In this document: piece after piece, positions 61,853 to 64,000 of the stretch
How the letters are laid out: every line of letters begins with the position of its first letter
How positions within the stretch are numbered: the first letter of the stretch is position 1
DNA from: an uncultured delta proteobacterium
Lineage (GTDB): Bacteria > Desulfobacterota > Binatia > UBA9968
Direction of reading: 5' to 3'
Length of the DNA: 64,000 nt
Assembly (NCBI GenBank): GCA_963728565.1
Contig: CAVSLC010000013.1
Coordinates: 96,001-160,000 of the forward strand
Notes under the pieces: model-generated
The model's database searches: none
What the model saw: the letters and a program-made list of their open reading frames with translations, nothing else
What the model was told of the DNA's origin: nothing
Position numbers and translations under genes: made by a program

Positions 61853-63460
61853 TTATGGGCCGTGATGCGTTGCCAAGGGGCTTGTCTCGGCTAGTTGCAT
61901 CATCTTACGTGCGAGTCTCTCGGTCAGTTCCTTACGATTTCCACAGGCGTCCGAGACATCCCAGAGATTGTTCAACTCGTCTGGATCGTTGACGAGATCA
62001 TACAATTCGCCCCATTCCACCCCTTCATACAAGGTAAGTCGCTGTTTTTCCGTAATCAGACTTCGTGCTCGAAAATTATTCTCCAAACCCATGTAGCCGC
62101 GTCGCTGATGTTCTTCGATCAGGAGAGAGTCGTAGCCGGTAGCGCCTCCTTCCAGCGCGGGAAGCAGACTTCGTCCCTGTATTCCGTTGTATGCCGCCAA
62201 ACCGGCACGATCCAAGACAGTGGTAGCTATGTCGAGCGTGCCGCATAGGCCAGAATTTACAATGTTCTTTTTGACGGCGCCCGGATCACGCCAGATAAAT
62301 GGCACCCGAACCAGCCCACGATAGTGCAGCGCGCCCTTCAGAAGTAGCTGGTGATCGCCCATAAAGTCACCATGATCGGTAGTGAACACAATCACGGTAT
62401 TTGACTCCAGTCCCAGCGCGACGAGCCGCGCCATTATTTTGCCGATCGCATCATCGATCATCGTGATCATGCCGTAAGTAAGCGCGATTGCCTCACGTGC
62501 CTCGCGCTCGCTGATCGCAAAAGTCCGCTGTCCATCTCGATTGCTCTTGTTCAACTCTCGCTCCTCATAGAGTTTCTGCAGGTGCGGCGGGATTGGTCGT
62601 TCCCCTGAATTGAATGATGACGGCAATGAGATTGATTGAGGATCATACATTTCCCAATATTTGCCCGGCGGTGTGAATGGATGATGCGGATCGGGAAATG
62701 AACACTGAATGAAAAATGGCTGCCTCTGATTTGAGCGCGAATATGTCTCCAAGTAATCGATGGTGCGTTCCGCGACAAAAGTGGTTGGATAAAGTTCTTC
62801 CGGCATTCTCGTGCGCCAAGACTGCGGTGCAATATAACCGTTTCCGGGAAGCTGATTCTTGGCTCCGCGCAAGGATTCGGAATGCGAATGACGTGCTTTA
62901 AGCCATCGTTCATAATGGCCGACGGCTTTATCGCCATGCCCGATGGCCAATTCCACATGGTTGAAACCATAATAGGGACGGACCGGTTCAAACTCAGGAT
63001 CTCGCTCCCAGGTCGATGGAAGTTCCTGATCATAGCGGTCTCGTTCATTGATCGACTTCGCGGCTTCGCGCAGGTGTTCCGGTGGCGCAATGCGGCTTGA
63101 GTTGGATTGAGGCATGCCGATGACGGGAGGAGTGCCGTTTATGCTCTGGAGATGACACTTTCCAACGAGAACCGTATCGTATCCAGCAGCGCTGAGAACG
63201 TCGACAAAAGTGGTGGCCGTCAGTGAAAGTGGAACGCCATTCTGACGCGCACCGTGCAACGACGGCATGCGACCGGTCATGAGCGTAGCGCGATTCGGCA
63301 TGCAAATCGGCGTTGCCACGTAAAACCGATCGAAACGCGTGCCCGCCGCCGCCAGCCCATCGATGTGGGGAGTCTGAACCACGGTATTGCCATAACAACC
63401 GAGATGATCGGCTCGTTGCTGGTCAGTGATGATCAAGAGAAAATTGGGATGCTTACTCAT
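61853..63460 (-). CDS. Sulfatase family protein (Cys-type)
   Basis: PNFLLIITDQQR, CMPNR (CxPxR), GKCH, PDPHHP, TTDHGD, ELYDL..DPDE; start probably MSKHPN at 63460. Confidence 0.93.
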   Translation of the reverse strand: MSKHPNFLLIITDQQRADHLGCYGNTVVQTPHIDGLAAAGTRFDRFYVATPICMPNRATLMTGRMPSLHGARQNGVPLSLTATTFVDVLSAAGYDTVLVGKCHLQSINGTPPVIGMPQSNSSRIAPPEHLREAAKSINERDRYDQELPSTWERDPEFEPVRPYYGFNHVELAIGHGDKAVGHYERWLKARHSHSESLRGAKNQLPGNGYIAPQSWRTRMPEELYPTTFVAERTIDYLETYSRSNQRQPFFIQCSFPDPHHPFTPPGKYWEMYDPQSISLPSSFNSGERPIPPHLQKLYEERELNKSNRDGQRTFAISEREAREAIALTYGMITMIDDAIGKIMARLVALGLESNTVIVFTTDHGDFMGDHQLLLKGALHYRGLVRVPFIWRDPGAVKKNIVNSGLCGTLDIATTVLDRAGLAAYNGIQGRSLLPALEGGATGYDSLLIEEHQRRGYMGLENNFRARSLITEKQRLTLYEGVEWGELYDLVNDPDELNNLWDVSDACGNRKELTERLARKMMQLAETSPLATHHGP

Positions 63461-64000
63461 CGGCATTACCATCCTTTGGTATCTAACTATCACACGAGCA
63501 ACCGGCTAGGAATCTCTTCCATGACGATTGCAGGCTAAGTGGAAGAATATAGGTAAAACCCGAGGTAGCTATTTCAAAGACCTGGCGAATGTGCGGATTA
63601 TTCGAAGGCCAGAGGATGGACGGTCGAAGACATCAAGGAGCACGGCATCTTTGAGTCAATCGGAAAGAGAAAATATCTCGTTAACGTTGGACACGGTTTT
63701 TGTGCAGAGCGAGAGCGCTCCATTTTTCTTAGACCCCGGCGCCATAAGCAATCGAGCGAAAGCGCACGTCGTGCGGGAGTGGTGAAGTAGCTTAGAAGAC
63801 AAGCCACAGCAGCAGTGTCGACGTTATTCCGACAATGCTCGCAATCATTATGAGTGAGTCTTCTACCATGTTGTACCTCGATGTTGATTGAACGGTGTGA
63901 GTGAAAAATGTCGAGCAATGAGGCCATGTCTCAGGAAGATGACCAACATGGCAAGGACCACTAACACATCTAGACTGTAACTGGACCAGAAGCCTTGTAA

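Noticed and set aside
63500-64000. Short ORFs and a possible degraded membrane-protein gene end at the right edge
   Set aside because: No recognisable family, and the window truncates the context

Overview
A chromosomal core and metabolic region of a moderately GC-rich bacterium. The valS-nadC-birA-coaX and sucCD-ndk-rlmN-mtnP gene order, plus the Bug/TctC, amidohydrolase-2, LLM, UbiD and xanthine-dehydrogenase-family genes, suggest a deltaproteobacteria-like lineage such as Ca. Binatia (inference). In order, it holds: aceF(5' part)/aceE with a divergent lipoate ligase, tRNA-Met, a phosphatase, thrB, a csp-nuoB-CSD-like cluster, quinone biosynthesis genes, a PuuD-like membrane protein facing a cytochrome c, tRNA-Leu, valS-nadC-birA-coaX-EF-G paralogue, a catabolic-looking cluster (2 amidohydrolases, GGT-like, LLM, PCD, Bug), a complete ccmABCDEFGH(I) operon, a ~14 kb icd-to-lepB run, two small bitopic proteins, an Lhr helicase, an orphan Mo-hydroxylase large subunit, a UbiD with a Cys-less racemase-fold partner, a methyltransferase, dodecin and a sulfatase. 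I found no CRISPR array, integrase, transposase or prophage. At least nine frameshifts in eight genes (including valS and lepB), eight of them +1, look like long-read indel errors. The best candidates for undescribed biology are the orphan NuoB flanked by a canonical and a degenerate cold-shock domain, the split PuuD/cytochrome c pair, the FtsB/FtsL-like small protein pair behind a palindrome, and several enzymes with non-canonical active sites. All of these remain hypotheses.
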